Below, one piece after another: positions 52,254 through 64,000 of a stretch of 64,000 bases of DNA (positions are counted from its first letter, which is position 1; each line of letters opens with the position of its first letter). Below the pieces are notes generated by a model. That model saw only the letters and a list, made by a program, of their open reading frames with translations. It was not told the origin of the DNA and ran no database searches. The position numbers and the translations under genes are program-made. Location: NCBI GenBank assembly GCA_963575745.1, contig CAUYUJ010000117.1, forward strand, positions 1-64,000, written 5' to 3'. This DNA is from Prorocentrum cordatum (taxonomy: Eukaryota).

Positions 52254-52421
52254 TTAGGCCGGGCATGTCCCCCCAAAGGCGGATTTTGGAGGAAAAGTTC
52301 AACAACAATTGGCCAACAAATGTTCAAACACAGTCAAAAAGAAGAGTCAGAAGATCGTCCCCAGACTATGTGTTGGATTATTCTTGAGTGTTCCTCCTGT
52401 AGAGGGACATGCCCGACTTCA
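52254..52421. mobile_element. ~160-bp MITE copy
   Basis: ttaggccgggcatgtccc...gggacatgcccgacttca termini. Confidence 0.8.
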
Positions 52422-53011
52422 GGCACGCGCAGGACGCGGCTCCCTGACCTGGTCGGGCCACGCTGCTTGGCGGCGAGCGAGGGGGGCAAGTGAGAGGGAG
52501 AAGGCCTCTACTCCGAAGGCGGCGAGGCTTCTCAGAAACACCGCGCCTTCTGAGAAGTGTTTTCTGCGCCTTCGGGGAAGTCTCAGAACACTTCTCAGGA
52601 AGGCCAGGGGACTCCCGAACCTTCCGAGAAGGCCCGCCCCTCCTCACTACTTCCCCCCTGGGCCGGCCTCCTCCTCCTCCTCCTCCTCCTCCTCCTCCTC
52701 TTCCTCCTCCTCCCCCTTCTTCTCCTCCTCGGTCCTCCTCGGCCCTCCTCCTCCTTCTCCTATTCCTCCCTCTCCTCCTCCTTCCCCTCCTCCCTCTCTT
52801 TCTCCTCCTCCTCTCCCTCCTCCTCCTACTCCTCCCCCTCCTCCTCCTCCGAGCCTTCCCCCCTGGGCTGGCCGCCGAAAGACGCGGCGATCCCTGACCT
52901 GGTCGCGCCACGCTGTGCAGAGGGGCGGTTGCCCGCACGCGCGGTCAGGATCGCCGGCGGTGCCCTGCGAGTCGCACACGCGCGCGAACGACGCGTTCCC
53001 GCTCAATGCGT

Positions 53012-53180
53012 TCGGATGTTGCTAGGAGCACCCTTGGCCCAAGGTGCCCCTAGGATTCTCGGGGTGGCCCAGACGGCCTCCAGAGCACCCCATCACGAGG
53101 CCCAGAGGGCCCTAGTGGCTCCGAAATGGTGCGAAAAGCTGGGGGCACCTTGGGCCAGGCGCACTTCTAGCAACACCCGA
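53012..53180. mobile_element. MITE-like element with ~40-bp imperfect TIRs
   Basis: tgttgctaggagcacccttggcccaaggtgcccctag / ctgggggcaccttgggccaggcgcacttctagcaaca. Confidence 0.7.
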
Positions 53181-54159
53181 TACGTCTCCCGCATCAAACA
53201 AGCGCCACGCACGTGACCGGCTGGGCGGCTCACCCGAGACATGGTGGAGAAACTGCTCAGCGTTTCACTGACACTCTGGGCGCCAGCCTGAGGTGTCCCT
53301 CCTTCCTCACCCTCCTCTTCCTCCTCCGCCTCCTCCCCCTCCTCCTCCTCCTCCTCCCCCTCCTCCTTCCCCTCCTCCTTCTTTCTGGTCTGGGCGCCAG
53401 CCTGAGGAATCATTCCCACTCAATGCGTTTCCCGCACGACGCAAAACACCACGCAAGTGATCCAAGAACAAACAGGTCATCCGACAACTGGTACTAGACA
53501 ACCCATTGTGTCACGTGCGCTTTGGGTCACAGAATGACGCCATGCATTCCCATGCGATACGTGTCCCGTAAGAAGCAGGCACCACGCAGGTGACCCAAGG
53601 GCGGGTGGGTCATCCGACAGCTGGTTAAGAAACATCGATTGGTTCATTTTCATTTGTGGGGCCTCAAGATTACGTCATGCATTCGCACTTTCCCCGTGTG
53701 AAGAGGCACCACACAGGTAACCCACGGGCGGGTGGGTGACCCGAAAACGATCCACAAGTTCAAGGTATTGCGCTCTGGACCTTTGAATGCGGCTATGCAT
53801 GCCACTCGATATGTTCCCCCAGCGAGGCAGGCACCACGTAGGTTACCCAGCAAATCGTAAAATAGCCTGTCGCACTACAGTTTCGCAATCACATATCACG
53901 TGCTGAATTATCGACGGTCGTGTTGACAAACATGCTCGATGTTCCTTGGCGCGTTTCAAACTTGCACCGGTTTCACACCAGGACTTCGCTAAGGTGGTGG
54001 TTCCTGAGGCACGCTGAACTGTTTCATTAATTTCCCAATTCTACGACACTTGCTTAAAAACAGTCTTCGACCTCTACGAAATCTGTTCGATCGGGTTCTC
54101 AAGCTCTACGAAACATGCCCACACATCCCCCAGCCGTGCATACATGCGTTCGCCAATAA

Positions 54160-54990
54160 ATCCCACCAGCCCTCTGGGCGTAGGTAGTCTAGGGAGCTTT
54201 CTCTTCCAACCCCCTTCTTCCCCTTCGGGGAAGGGTTCACCCCTCCCCTTTTACCCCCTCCACGGGACTTGGACGGGGCCGGTCGCGGGTAGTTACAGCG
54301 TCCAAGATGGCCCAAGGTGGTTCCAAGAGGGCCTCAGAGAGTTCAAGATGGCATCCAAGATGGCTCCAGAAAGCGCAAGATCGCTCACGATGGTTTCCCA
54401 GGTACTCCAAGGGACCCCAAGACCGCCTCAAGACGGCTCCAACTGGCCAAAGAGCTCCCCAAGGAGGCCCCCAAGAGAGGAAAATCGCTCGAGCATCTGA
54501 GGAAAATCTATGTTTTTGGGGCTTTCTCGCCTTTTCGCTTCCGCTGGCCATCCGAGGCCTCAGGATGGCTCCAAGAAGGACCAAGAGGGCCCCAAGAGGA
54601 GCCAAAGAGAGCCCCAAGACTGCTCCAGGAGCGCTCAAGGGCGCTCCAAGAGCGCCACAACAGGCGGTTTTAGGCACTCTAAAAGGGCAGGGCTAATTAA
54701 AGCTCCCCTCTGTTGTATCGATGTCTTTCAAGATGGCCCCAAGAGCGCCCCTAAAGCTCCCAAGAGCGCCCCAAGAGGGCCCCAAGAGTCGCCCAGGCGG
54801 CTCCAAAAGGCGCCCAAAGTGCCTCCACAAGGCTCCCAAGAAACCCCCAAGAGGCATCAACAGAATCCCCGAGGCAACCAAGACGCTCAAAGACGGCCCT
54901 GGGCCCGCCAAGATGCCCCCCCAGACGCCCCAAGAGGCCCCCAAAAAACTTCCAAGCGACATCCGAGGAGACTCCGAGAAGCAATCCAGA
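54160..54990. repeat. CCAAGA-rich degenerate short-period repeat element (related tracts at 51120-51420 and 56750-57390)
   Basis: Recurrent (G)CCCAAGA(G/C)G units of ~10-11 bp. Confidence 0.75.
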
Positions 54991-56203
54991 AGCTTCTGGC
55001 TGTTCTGTTCGACCTTTGTCTCCTCCTCCTCCTCCTCTTCCTCCTCCTCCTCCTTCTCCTCCCCCTCATCCGCTGACTCCTCCTCCTCCTCCTCCTCCTC
55101 CTTACTCCTCCTCCTCCTCCTCCTCTTCCTCCTCCGCTTACTCCTCCTCATCATGTTCCACGTTCTTCTCCTCTTTCCTCCTCCTCGCCCTCCTCCTCCT
55201 CCTCCTCCTCCTCCTCCTCCTCCTCCTACCCCTCCTCCTACCCCTCCTCCTACTCCTCCTGCTCCTCCTCCTTCTCGGCCTCCTCCTCCCGCCCCCTCTG
55301 GGGGTATGGCTTCCTACCCAGCCCTTGAACTGCATGCTCTTCCACATCCCTGATCAAGGCAACTCGTCTGGGGATCGTTTCTGGATGAGCTGGTAGGTTT
55401 ACTTTTGGTACGCGGGCGCGCGAAGACGAGTCGAACGCCGTGCAAGCTAACGCGGGCTGCGCCGAAGCAAAGGGAAAACAGCGAAGTGAGTGGCGCCTGG
55501 CTCAGCGCGGAACTGGGCTCAGCGCGGCCAACATGGTGCGGGAGGCATCACAAGTCATTATCAGAGCCACGTCAATCGAAATTGCGGTACCAGGTAACGC
55601 ACGGCGTGCCCACTGAGGTGCCAAATAGTGACGCAGGTACGGTGTGGGCGAGCGACCACGCACATGGAAAGTCAGCAACTGCTGGTGAGTTTACTTTTTG
55701 TCAGCGCCGCAGGCAGGCGAGCGCGCCGGCGGCGAGTCCAGTCAGAGCGGGGCGCGCACAGACGAATTAGCCTAAAGCGGTGGGCCGGAGCCTCACGCAG
55801 CACCTTAGCGGCTGGCCGTCGAGTGGAAAGGGCAGGCGGTAGGCGGGTCACCAGTACTGCCAACCTCTCCCGAGGCGTCTAGGAAGTGTTGACTTGCAAC
55901 AGGAAAGTCCAAACCATATGCCAACGCACAGAGAAATACAAAACCAAATGGGGATTCATATTGAACTCAACACATGTATTTTGTCCTGATTATATTTAAG
56001 ATGCCGGCTCAGCTGCAGGGCCGTCTTGGGGTACCCTTGGGCCCGTCTTGGGCCGATCTCAGGGGGTCATTCGCCAAGTGGGCGCGAGCCTGCACTCTTC
56101 TCGCGGGAGACCCTTCTGCAGCTTGGCGCAGGACTCCATCCGAAGATATCTGGGGTCACTGCCACCGTGTTGCCCCAACTGCTCGGGAATCATTGGCCTT
56201 GGG

Positions 56204-56364
56204 TTAGGTCGGGCATGTCCTCCTACAGGCGGACTCTGGGCACAAAATTATAAAATATCCAAACCGTACTGAAGAATAGTCAACAAATGCTCAAAAAACG
56301 TCCCCTGACTATTTTTTGCCTATTTTTGAATTTTCCTCCTGTAGGAAGGACACGCCCGACTTAA
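56204..56364. mobile_element. 161-bp MITE with ~30-bp TIRs and an 8-bp target-site duplication GCCTTGGG (hAT-like)
   Basis: gccttggg at 56196-56203 and 56365-56372 flank TTAGGTCGGGCATGTCCTCCTACAGG...CCTGTAGGAAGGACACGCCCGACTTAA. Confidence 0.88.
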
Positions 56365-57895
56365 GCCTTGGGGGGTCTGCTGGGCCGTCTTGGGGGTCTC
56401 GGAGGAGCGGCTCGGCAGCGCGAGGAGGCTCGGCGCCCCGCTGAGTGGACCAAGACGAGACGGAGCGGGGAGAGGTCAGGTCGGCCCTGTCCCCCTACGG
56501 GGGGATTTCGAAAAATTCGCCGGCCCAACGGGCCAAGGGCGTGCTAAGATCTCCGGTAGCTGGTTAACAATATTCTGGTTCGCGCGCGCGGGGCCGCCCC
56601 TGGGGGTCCCCGGACGAAAAGCACCCCGGGACACCCCCGGGACACCCCCGGGACACTCGGATCAGAGATGCCAGACCGGGCAATTGTTCGACACCCCTCA
56701 CGAGGATCGTGGCCTCCGAGGGGAGGGGCGCAATCGACTACCCCCCCTCCTGACCCAAGAGGTCCCCAAGACTGCCCAAGAGGCCCCCGAGACGCCCAAA
56801 GAGTGCTCCAAGACGCCGATGATGACCCCAAGACGGCCGAAGAGGCCTCAAAGTGACCTCCAAGAGACCTCACAAGAGGGCCCGAGAGGCCAAAATCAAT
56901 AATTTTACTATGGTTTTGGAAGGATTTTGACCTTGTCGCCTTTTCGGCCATCCGATGCTCCAAGACGACCCAAGAGGCCCCCAAGAGCGCCCCAAGACGG
57001 GCCAAGAGGCTTCCAAGAGGGCCCCACTAGGGCCCAAGAAGGCCCCGAGACGCCCAAGAGGCGCCCAAGACGGCCCAAGACGGCCCCAAGAGGGGCCCAA
57101 GAGGGGGAGCACGAACCGACAACTCGAGCCTTCCGCCCCAAGAGGGCCCCAGGAGGCCCCGAGAGGCCCCCAAGAAGCCCCCAAGAGGCGACGAGATGCC
57201 GCCAAGAGGCCCCTAAGAGGCCCCAGGAGGCCCCCCAGGAGGCCCAAAAGAGGCCCCAGAAGTTCAAAAATGCCTCCCAGGCGCCCCCGAACAGCTTCTC
57301 AAAAGACCCCAAGAGGCCTCCCGAATAACCTCCCAAAGAAGCATCTTGACGACGACCATGTTTGGCCCCAAGAGCAACACAAGATGCCACCGAGAGGCTT
57401 CCTCCTCCGCCCCTTCCCCTTCCTCCTCCTCCTCCTCCTGCTCCTCCTCCTACTACTTATCTTCATCCTCCTCCTCTCCTTCTCATCCTCTCATCCTCCT
57501 CCCCTCCCCTTCCCCATCCTCATCTTCCTCCTCCTCCTCGGCGGCGCCACAATGGCCCCGGGCCAGTAGCGATCATGCAACATGGGCCGGCGGAATGAGC
57601 GAAGCGATTGAATAAAAGTAGTCAAAACATATTCTAACATTGTCAAACAATACTCCAGAAATAGTCCCCCGACAATGTTGTGACTATTTTGGAATATTCC
57701 CCCCTGTAGAGGGACAGGCCCGAGTTAAGGGAAGGGGATGGGAAGAGAAGAAGGGACGAGGGGGAGCCAGGATGCGGGGCGGGGAAGATGGGAGGACGTG
57801 GAGGGCGAGACGACGGTGGAGAACGACGGCGCCAACACCGAGGACGACGCCCGCGGCGACGCAGCAGCCGCTCCTTCGATCGCTCGCACGTGGAC

Positions 57896-57951
57896 CTCCT
57901 GCGCTGCCTGCGGCCGATCCCGCAGGAGATGTCCGTGCAGGCGCCCCAGTC
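57896..57951 (-). CDS. TSP1-repeat protein exon (DWGACTDISCGIGRRQRR(R))
   Basis: WxxCxxxSCGxGxxxRxR motif; cag|G acceptor, GAG|GT donor, phase 0/2. Confidence 0.8.
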
Positions 57952-59714
57952 CTGGGGGACGGCGCCGGGGGGGGGGTGGGCTTAGGACAAAGGAGGGCAG
58001 GATCAGCCAGCATCGAACGGGGAAACCGGATCGGATCGTTCGGACCGGGCCACACTTGCGCGGAGCCGAGGTCGGCTCGAGGATCGGCCGCGCCAGGATA
58101 CAGGAGCCAGCCGTGCCAGCATCGGGCCGAGGATATAGAAGCCGGACGCAGAAGCAACTCGGGCCGCACCCGGTGGACCGAGCCATCGGGAACGGGTCGG
58201 ATCCAGCCTGCTAGAATCGACATCGAGTCAGACCGAAGGTAGCTGCACACCCACCGCAGGAGGAGGAGGAGGAGGAGGAGGAGGAGTAGGAGGAGGAGGA
58301 GCAGGAGGAGGAGGAGGAGCAGGAGGAGGAGGAGGAGCAGGAGGAGGAGGAGGAGGAGGAGGAGGAGGAGGAGGAGGAGGAGGAGGAGGAGGAGAGGGCC
58401 TCCGGAGGCCGAAGGCAGCCGCTCAGCTGCCGCACTCGAGGGGGTCTGGGCGGGGGGGCGCCGCTGCCGAAGCGGGGCGCCCAGGGTGCTCCAGTCGGCG
58501 AGTGCAGCGCTCGCCCCTCGCGGGAGATGGCAGGGATCCGCGATGCAGTGGGGGCCAGTCCACAAGACACCTTCCACAAGGAACCCAACCCTGAGACCCC
58601 ATGACGTCCACCGATTTTGTGTGGGAACGTCGCGCTGTCCATGGCAAAACCATCGACACCCAAGAAATCCAGGGCACCCTGGAGGCAAGCAAGGTGTTGC
58701 TTGGCATGGGTCTCCACTGTAAGGCTGCAGGCCCCTTGGGCACCCATGGCGAAGCGTTACGAGCGGGGCTGGCCATCGAAACGGAGTCAGGGATGGACCG
58801 AGAAGGCAAGGATGCACGGGTACCCCCAGGAAAGGTCACCCATCCCATGCCATGGCTCGGGCGTCCATTCCCCGTGCACCTGTCGATCTCGTGCGTGTTT
58901 TTTTTTGTTGGCTCGATGATCCAGGATGCTCCTCGATGGTCCTCGCCGAGAGAAACATGCACACGGCCGGGAGATGCCAAGATCCTTGCTGTCGGCTTCG
59001 GCTGCGCCACAGACTTTCGGACCTCCGCGCAGATCTCTTGGCTGGGGCGCCCTCGGCGGGCGAGCGAGTCGGGAACCCTTCGGCCGATGCCCACGATACC
59101 CACCTCTTCGGGGGTTGCCAACAGGTGCCCTGCACGATTTCCCCCGGGGCCGTAGGCGACCCGAGGAGGAGGCGGAGGAGGAGGAGGAGGAGGAGGAGGA
59201 GGAGGAGGAGGAGGAGGAGGAGGAGGAGGAGGAGGAGGAGGAGGAGGGGAGGAGGAGGAGGAGGAGGAGAGGAGGAGGAGGAGGAGGAGGAGGAGGAGGA
59301 GAGGAGAGGAGGAGGAGGAGGGAGGAGGATAGGAGGCGGAGGAGGAGCAGGAGGAGGCGGAGGAGGAGGAGGAGGAGGAGGAGGCGGAGGAGGAGGAGGA
59401 GGACGGGTCGCCTAAGCCCTTCGGAGAAAGCCTCCAAAGTGCCCCTGGCCGAGGCCCTCCTGGACCTCGTGACGGGTGCTCTGGAGGCCGTGGGGGGCCC
59501 TCCTTGGACATCCTCCCTCCCTCCCTCCCTCCCTGCCCCCCCCCCGCTCCCTTCCTCCCTCTCCCCCTCCCTCCCTCCCTTGGGCCAGGGGCACTTCTGG
59601 CACCACCCGACCTCTACACGCCGAAAGCTGGTGCAGGTGAAGCATCGGCGCCACGCCTCGAGCAAGACTCCCCGAGGAGGAGGAGGAGGAGGAGGAGGAG
59701 GAGGAGGAGGAGGA

Positions 59715-60300
59715 GCAAGAAGCCAGAAGCGGGAGAAAAGAGGAGGAACCATACCCCAGACGCCGAGATTGATGTCTGCGATGGGGACCCCGTGCAAGGG
59801 TGACCCACGGATTAACCGAGCACGATGTCGGAGGGCTGAGAAGGAGGTGTTCAGAAGGTTTTCGGCGAGGTTCGTCATGGTCTCCAGAAGATTTTGGGAG
59901 TGCCTTGGCGCGGGAGGACGAAGAAAGAAGATTATACCCTCTTCTTGGGCGTACGCGATCATGGATTGCGGATCTTTTGAGGGACCACGTCAGCAGACGA
60001 CGCCCACAGGAAGGGGTGAGGAGCGGACGGATACAGGACGTTCGATGCAACAGACCAAAGTCAAGATGGCACGACGCTGGCGCACCGCGTTCCGGCGTCA
60101 ACGGCCATGGATATGGCGCCTGTGCAAATATTGCCGTCATGGGAACGGCGTAGCGCGACGCGCGCTCGAGCCAGCAACGAGTGCGAGGAAACGTTCAGAG
60201 TGAAAGGGTGGTGTCCTTGATCGATAGTCTTACCAAGAATTGTAATCTTCTCGCCGATTTTCCGAGGGGCGGGGGCATGCTCGTCCTTCCCATCATTGTC
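59715..60300 (-). mobile_element. Possible highly decayed 3' LINE fragment ending in (TCC)n
   Basis: ITILGKTID resembles an RT thumb LG motif and the tract ends at a microsatellite; no catalytic motif seen. Confidence 0.3.
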
Positions 60301-61145
60301 ATGGCGCACACGCTTCAACCTTCTGCCTCTCTTTCTATCTCTCTCTCTCTCTCTCTCGCTCCTTCTCTCTCTCTCTCTCGTTCACGCCGTTGTATATAAC
60401 ATTTATTTGGCGTAAAGCTTCCTCTCTCTCTCTCTCTCTCTCCTATTGTTGTTGTGTAAATTTCTCTCAACATGCATATTATGCATATTCATTGAAACTC
60501 GATTCCCCAGTCAATGCTTGCACTGAAGGGGTCCTACCGGATATTGAAGGATGTGGCGGACATTCCAAACCAATTTCGGTAGGCGGGCAAATTCCCCGGT
60601 TCCCCGTTCTGGGTTCCGGGGTTCCCGGTTGCTGGTTCCAGACCGATTTCGGTGGGTTGCGGGGTTCCCGGGTTTCTGGGTTCCCGGGTTCTTGGTCGAT
60701 CTCCTTATCGATCGGTCTCACCATCGATTTTACTACCCACCTCCCCATTGATCTACTATAGATCGCACGGGCGATCTCACGATCGATCTCACTGAGTCGA
60801 CTTCACGGTCGGTCCCACGATCGACCTTACTATCGTCCTTACCCGCGATCCCACGATCGGTCTCACTATCAATGTCAATATCCATATCACGAATTCGAAC
60901 CATCCACACATTGTTTTGTTTTGTGGTGTGCTGTTCTATGTTTGCGTATGTGTATGTACGTACTTATACATGGATTGATATGTGAATGTTTTTTTTCCTC
61001 TCTCCCTCTCTCTCTCTCTGAATATATCCCCTCCTGCCACGCTCACTATTCTAATGGTACGCGCGTTGCTCGCAACCCTGTCTCTCCTGGTCTCTCGGTC
61101 TCCTCAGGCTCTCGGCAAGCCTAGAGAAAACACCTCCCTGATCTC

Positions 61146-61184
61146 CTCCCAGTCGCCGAGCGTGTAAGTGTCCTGGCAGGAGTC
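61146..61184 (-). CDS. Probable TSP1-repeat protein exon (DSCQDTYTLGDWE)
   Basis: cag|G acceptor, GAG|GA donor, 39 nt, phase 0/0; joins to give LGDWE-DWGAC (WxxW motif). Confidence 0.6.
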
Positions 61185-61789
61185 CTGGCGTGTGTCGCTG
61201 CAGAGGTGGCGATACTTCCGATGAGCAGCATGGCGCAGGGTCACCAATGTGGGCGACTGGGTGGATAAAGGACACCGGCGCCACGAGGGGGCTGTGGAGA
61301 AGTAAGACCAGGATGAGGAACAGGAGGGATGACACAAAAACGAAATGAGGAGATGGGAGAGGTGGAGGTAGAGGAGTCAGATGACACATGGTGCGCACAT
61401 GTTGGCGCGTATGTGTCGCCGCGCAGAGAACATCAGGAATAGCGGGCGAGCGAGCGAGGCGGCGACGAATTGAAGGTCAAAGCCACGGGAGGGTGCAAGA
61501 AGGTAGGATCGGAGAAAGAGAAATAATAATGATCATGACGATGGTGCTGAGGATGAATGGTGATGAGGATGAGATCGGTAAGACAAGATGACCAAGCAGG
61601 AACGGAAGAAGAGCAAACAGAAAAGGAACAACACCAACCAAACACTGCGCGCCAAGAACCAAACTTAGGGCGAAAAGTCAACGCTGGCCCACCCGATGCA
61701 GTTCTGTGTTCCCCCCCCCCTCGCAGGCTGTGCTTGGAGGGATGACAGGCATCCCGGACCCCAGAGAGGGCTGGAAGGGCCACCCTCAA

Positions 61790-63010
61790 ACGGGGCGGAT
61801 TTAGGGTGACCCTTCCAGCCCTCGGCGCACACCTCTCAGAGGTCGCTCGGCCGCGGCCCAGCGCCAGCGGCAGCGGCGGCAGGTTCGGGGCAGGCGCGGG
61901 CCCAGCGCCACCCTCCCCAGCCAGTTCGGGTGAGCTGCCGCGGGGCGTCGTCGGCGCCAGGCTGGACTCCTCGGCCAGACCCAGGCCGCCCTCCGCGCCG
62001 CCGGGCGGCTGCCTGGGGCTGCGGAGCTCCGTCGGCTCCAGGCTGCCCCGCTCGGTCGGCTCTGGGCTGCGGCCGCCCGGCTCGCCCGGCGTCGCGCCCG
62101 GCGCCCCCTCCGCCTCGCCGGGCCTCGCGTCTGCGTCGCCGGCGCGGAACCGGAGCGCCCGCGGCTCGTGCCGGACGCCGGCGTCCTGGCATCTGCCGAA
62201 GAGCGCCGCGTCCTCCTCCTCCTCCTCCTCCTCCTCCTCCTCCTCCTCCTCCTCCCCGAAGTGCGGCACACAGGAGCGCAGCATCCGAACGGCGCGTCGC
62301 GCCAGCTGAACGGTGCACCGGACCCTCCAGAGGAGCAGCTGGTGGCCGCGCAGCCCACGGCGCCGGGCCGCCTGCGCCGCCATCGCGGAAAGCATCACGC
62401 TGGTCTCCGGGTGCTCGCGGCCCCACGCCGACCAGACCATGGGCCTGTAAGTGATGTCCTGCGCCCGCAGCTCCGCCTCGTACTCCTGGAAGTCCCCCTG
62501 CTTCTGGCGGTACACTGCGTCGCAGCAGTCCGCGCCCGCGACGGTAGCGTCGGGGCTCGTGATCCCAATGTCCAACGCCGCCAAGCGGCCCGGGAGAGCC
62601 GCTGAGGTCAGGATATCCGCAGGGAGAAGCGCTGGAGCCTTAGAGGGAATGAGCCCGAGAGCTTCGGTCGCGGCGGTGGGGTCTGCTAGGTGCCCAAGCC
62701 GAAGCACCTCGCCCCGGACGTCGTAATGCCCGCGGGTCGCTTCCGGCAGGGCAGAACAGGAGGGCGTGGGAGCCAGTCGCACCCAGCGAGGCGCCGCACC
62801 GGGCGCAGAGCGAGTCGGGGCTCGCGCAGACTGCGCCCACCCGGAGCCGGACCGCCACCTGGAAGTCGCTCCTGGGCACCACTGGGCCACGCGCGCGCGA
62901 GACCCGCCACAGCCACTCGTGCGACACAGAGGGGTCACGCAGCTCCAGGAGGCGCCGGCGACGGTCCTGCAGCACCGGCGCGTCCAGCTGCTCAAGGAGG
63001 CGGACGTTGC
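61790..63010 (-). mobile_element. 5'-truncated non-LTR retrotransposon fragment with zinc knuckle and restriction-like endonuclease (CRE/CZAR-like)
   Basis: VAVRLRVG, CARC-x8-HALC, TRGH, E, PADIL, LDIGI, YRPMVWSAWGR; one frameshift near 62760; 3' boundary uncertain. Confidence 0.8.
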
Positions 63011-64000
63011 TTGGAAGAGATCTTGGACGAGGTCGCAATATCGACTTCGCGCCTAAGAGTGTCTCCATCGAATCGAAATCATTATTTCGGGGAACCAACT
63101 TTTGCGAAACGGCGACCCCGTCTGAGACTGCATTGAACGCGCCATTTCGACCAAAGTTAACATTTCGGGCTCAGAATCGGCATGGCGCTTCCGCCAAATA
63201 CTTCCTCCAACGCAGAAGTCGAAGCCCGTCCGGTTCAAAATCGAAATGGCGATTTCGCCCATGGTTTCCCCCGAATCCCCATTCGAGCCCTTTCGGATTC
63301 GAAGTCAAAGTGGGGGCGTGCTGCTGCTGCTTGCAGGCCCTGGCGCACAATGGTGCGCTGGCCCCTGCCTGCCGTTGGGACCTCAGTTCGCCACTGTCTT
63401 GGTAGAGCCACGCAATGGGCAACCACTTTGGTAGCGGCGATGTTGAAACTTTTGGCGCTCTTGGACACCTGATTGGGGGGGGCGAGGGAAGGGGATGGGG
63501 GGGGGGCAAGACAATTTATCGGCGATTCTGCAACGCCCCCCCCCCCCTTCCCGAGCCCTATCACGCCCCATTGGCGCGCGCGCTGACGGCGGGGAGCTCC
63601 CTCGAAGAGCGAGCGCAGCCTGGGCCTGCGATTCATGCAAGAGCCCAGCTCTGAAACAGGGGCCCTCTCCCATCCTGAAACATAAAACAAACGCCGCGAC
63701 GCATGTACATGCAGCAGAAGGGGGCTTGAAACATGGGCAACGATGCCTGATGCTGGCGGGCGTCTCATGTAGCAATCCCGATGTGGAAAAGGGGCCGCTC
63801 AGCGTGCGCGCAGCTGCTGCACACGGTTAGGCGCCCGTTTTGAAATGTCTAAGGAGTCTCAAAACTGCGCTCCATGCGAGTTATGGTCGCAAGCCTTTAA
63901 GACGGGCGCGCACGCGCGATGGCCGCGCCGTGAGCGCCGCTTTCGCGCGAAGAAGTCTCAACCATGACGCCCGCTCCCCCTGCCGACTCGCCTGGTGGCG

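Noticed and set aside
59437..59625. Candidate exon VGWCQKCPWPK and a 14-bp inverted repeat (59437-59450 / 59583-59596)
   Set aside because: No acceptable donor and it would interrupt the WxxW join; the short inverted repeat alone is uninformative.

Overview
Eukaryotic, GC-rich, microsatellite-laden genomic DNA, most likely from a dinoflagellate (inferred from a relict DinoSL spliced-leader motif, GC/GA splice donors with AG|G junctions, and tiny exons in very large introns; Prorocentrum-like in character, species not determinable). The only host gene I can support is a minus-strand thrombospondin type-1 (TSP1/TSR) repeat protein, seen as six micro-exons of 39-81 nt between 61184 and 26103; it is incomplete at both ends. 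The rest is intronic repeat DNA. The main feature is a 20-kb, co-oriented minus-strand stack of retroelements joined by (TCC)n tracts: (1) a full-length LINE at 3667-11070 (ORF1 with RanBP2-type Zn finger; ORF2 with 3x109-aa repeats, APE endonuclease, RT and RNase H) whose 5' end is a relict spliced leader TTGGCTCAAG; (2) a young tyrosine-recombinase retrotransposon at 11305-17898 with Ngaro/PAT-type split direct repeats, integrated at a TCC core inside a microsatellite; (3) an older full-length LINE at 17906-23986 that also starts with a degenerate SL-like motif. Also present are a 5'-truncated LINE, a CRE-like restriction-endonuclease LINE fragment, several MITE/foldback families, ~83-bp and 90-bp satellites, long (CA)/(CGCA), (CAT) and (GGA) tracts, and a 100-N gap. 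The most interesting hypothesis is a set of microsatellite-targeting retroelements that lack their own promoter and are released from host intron transcripts by SL trans-splicing.
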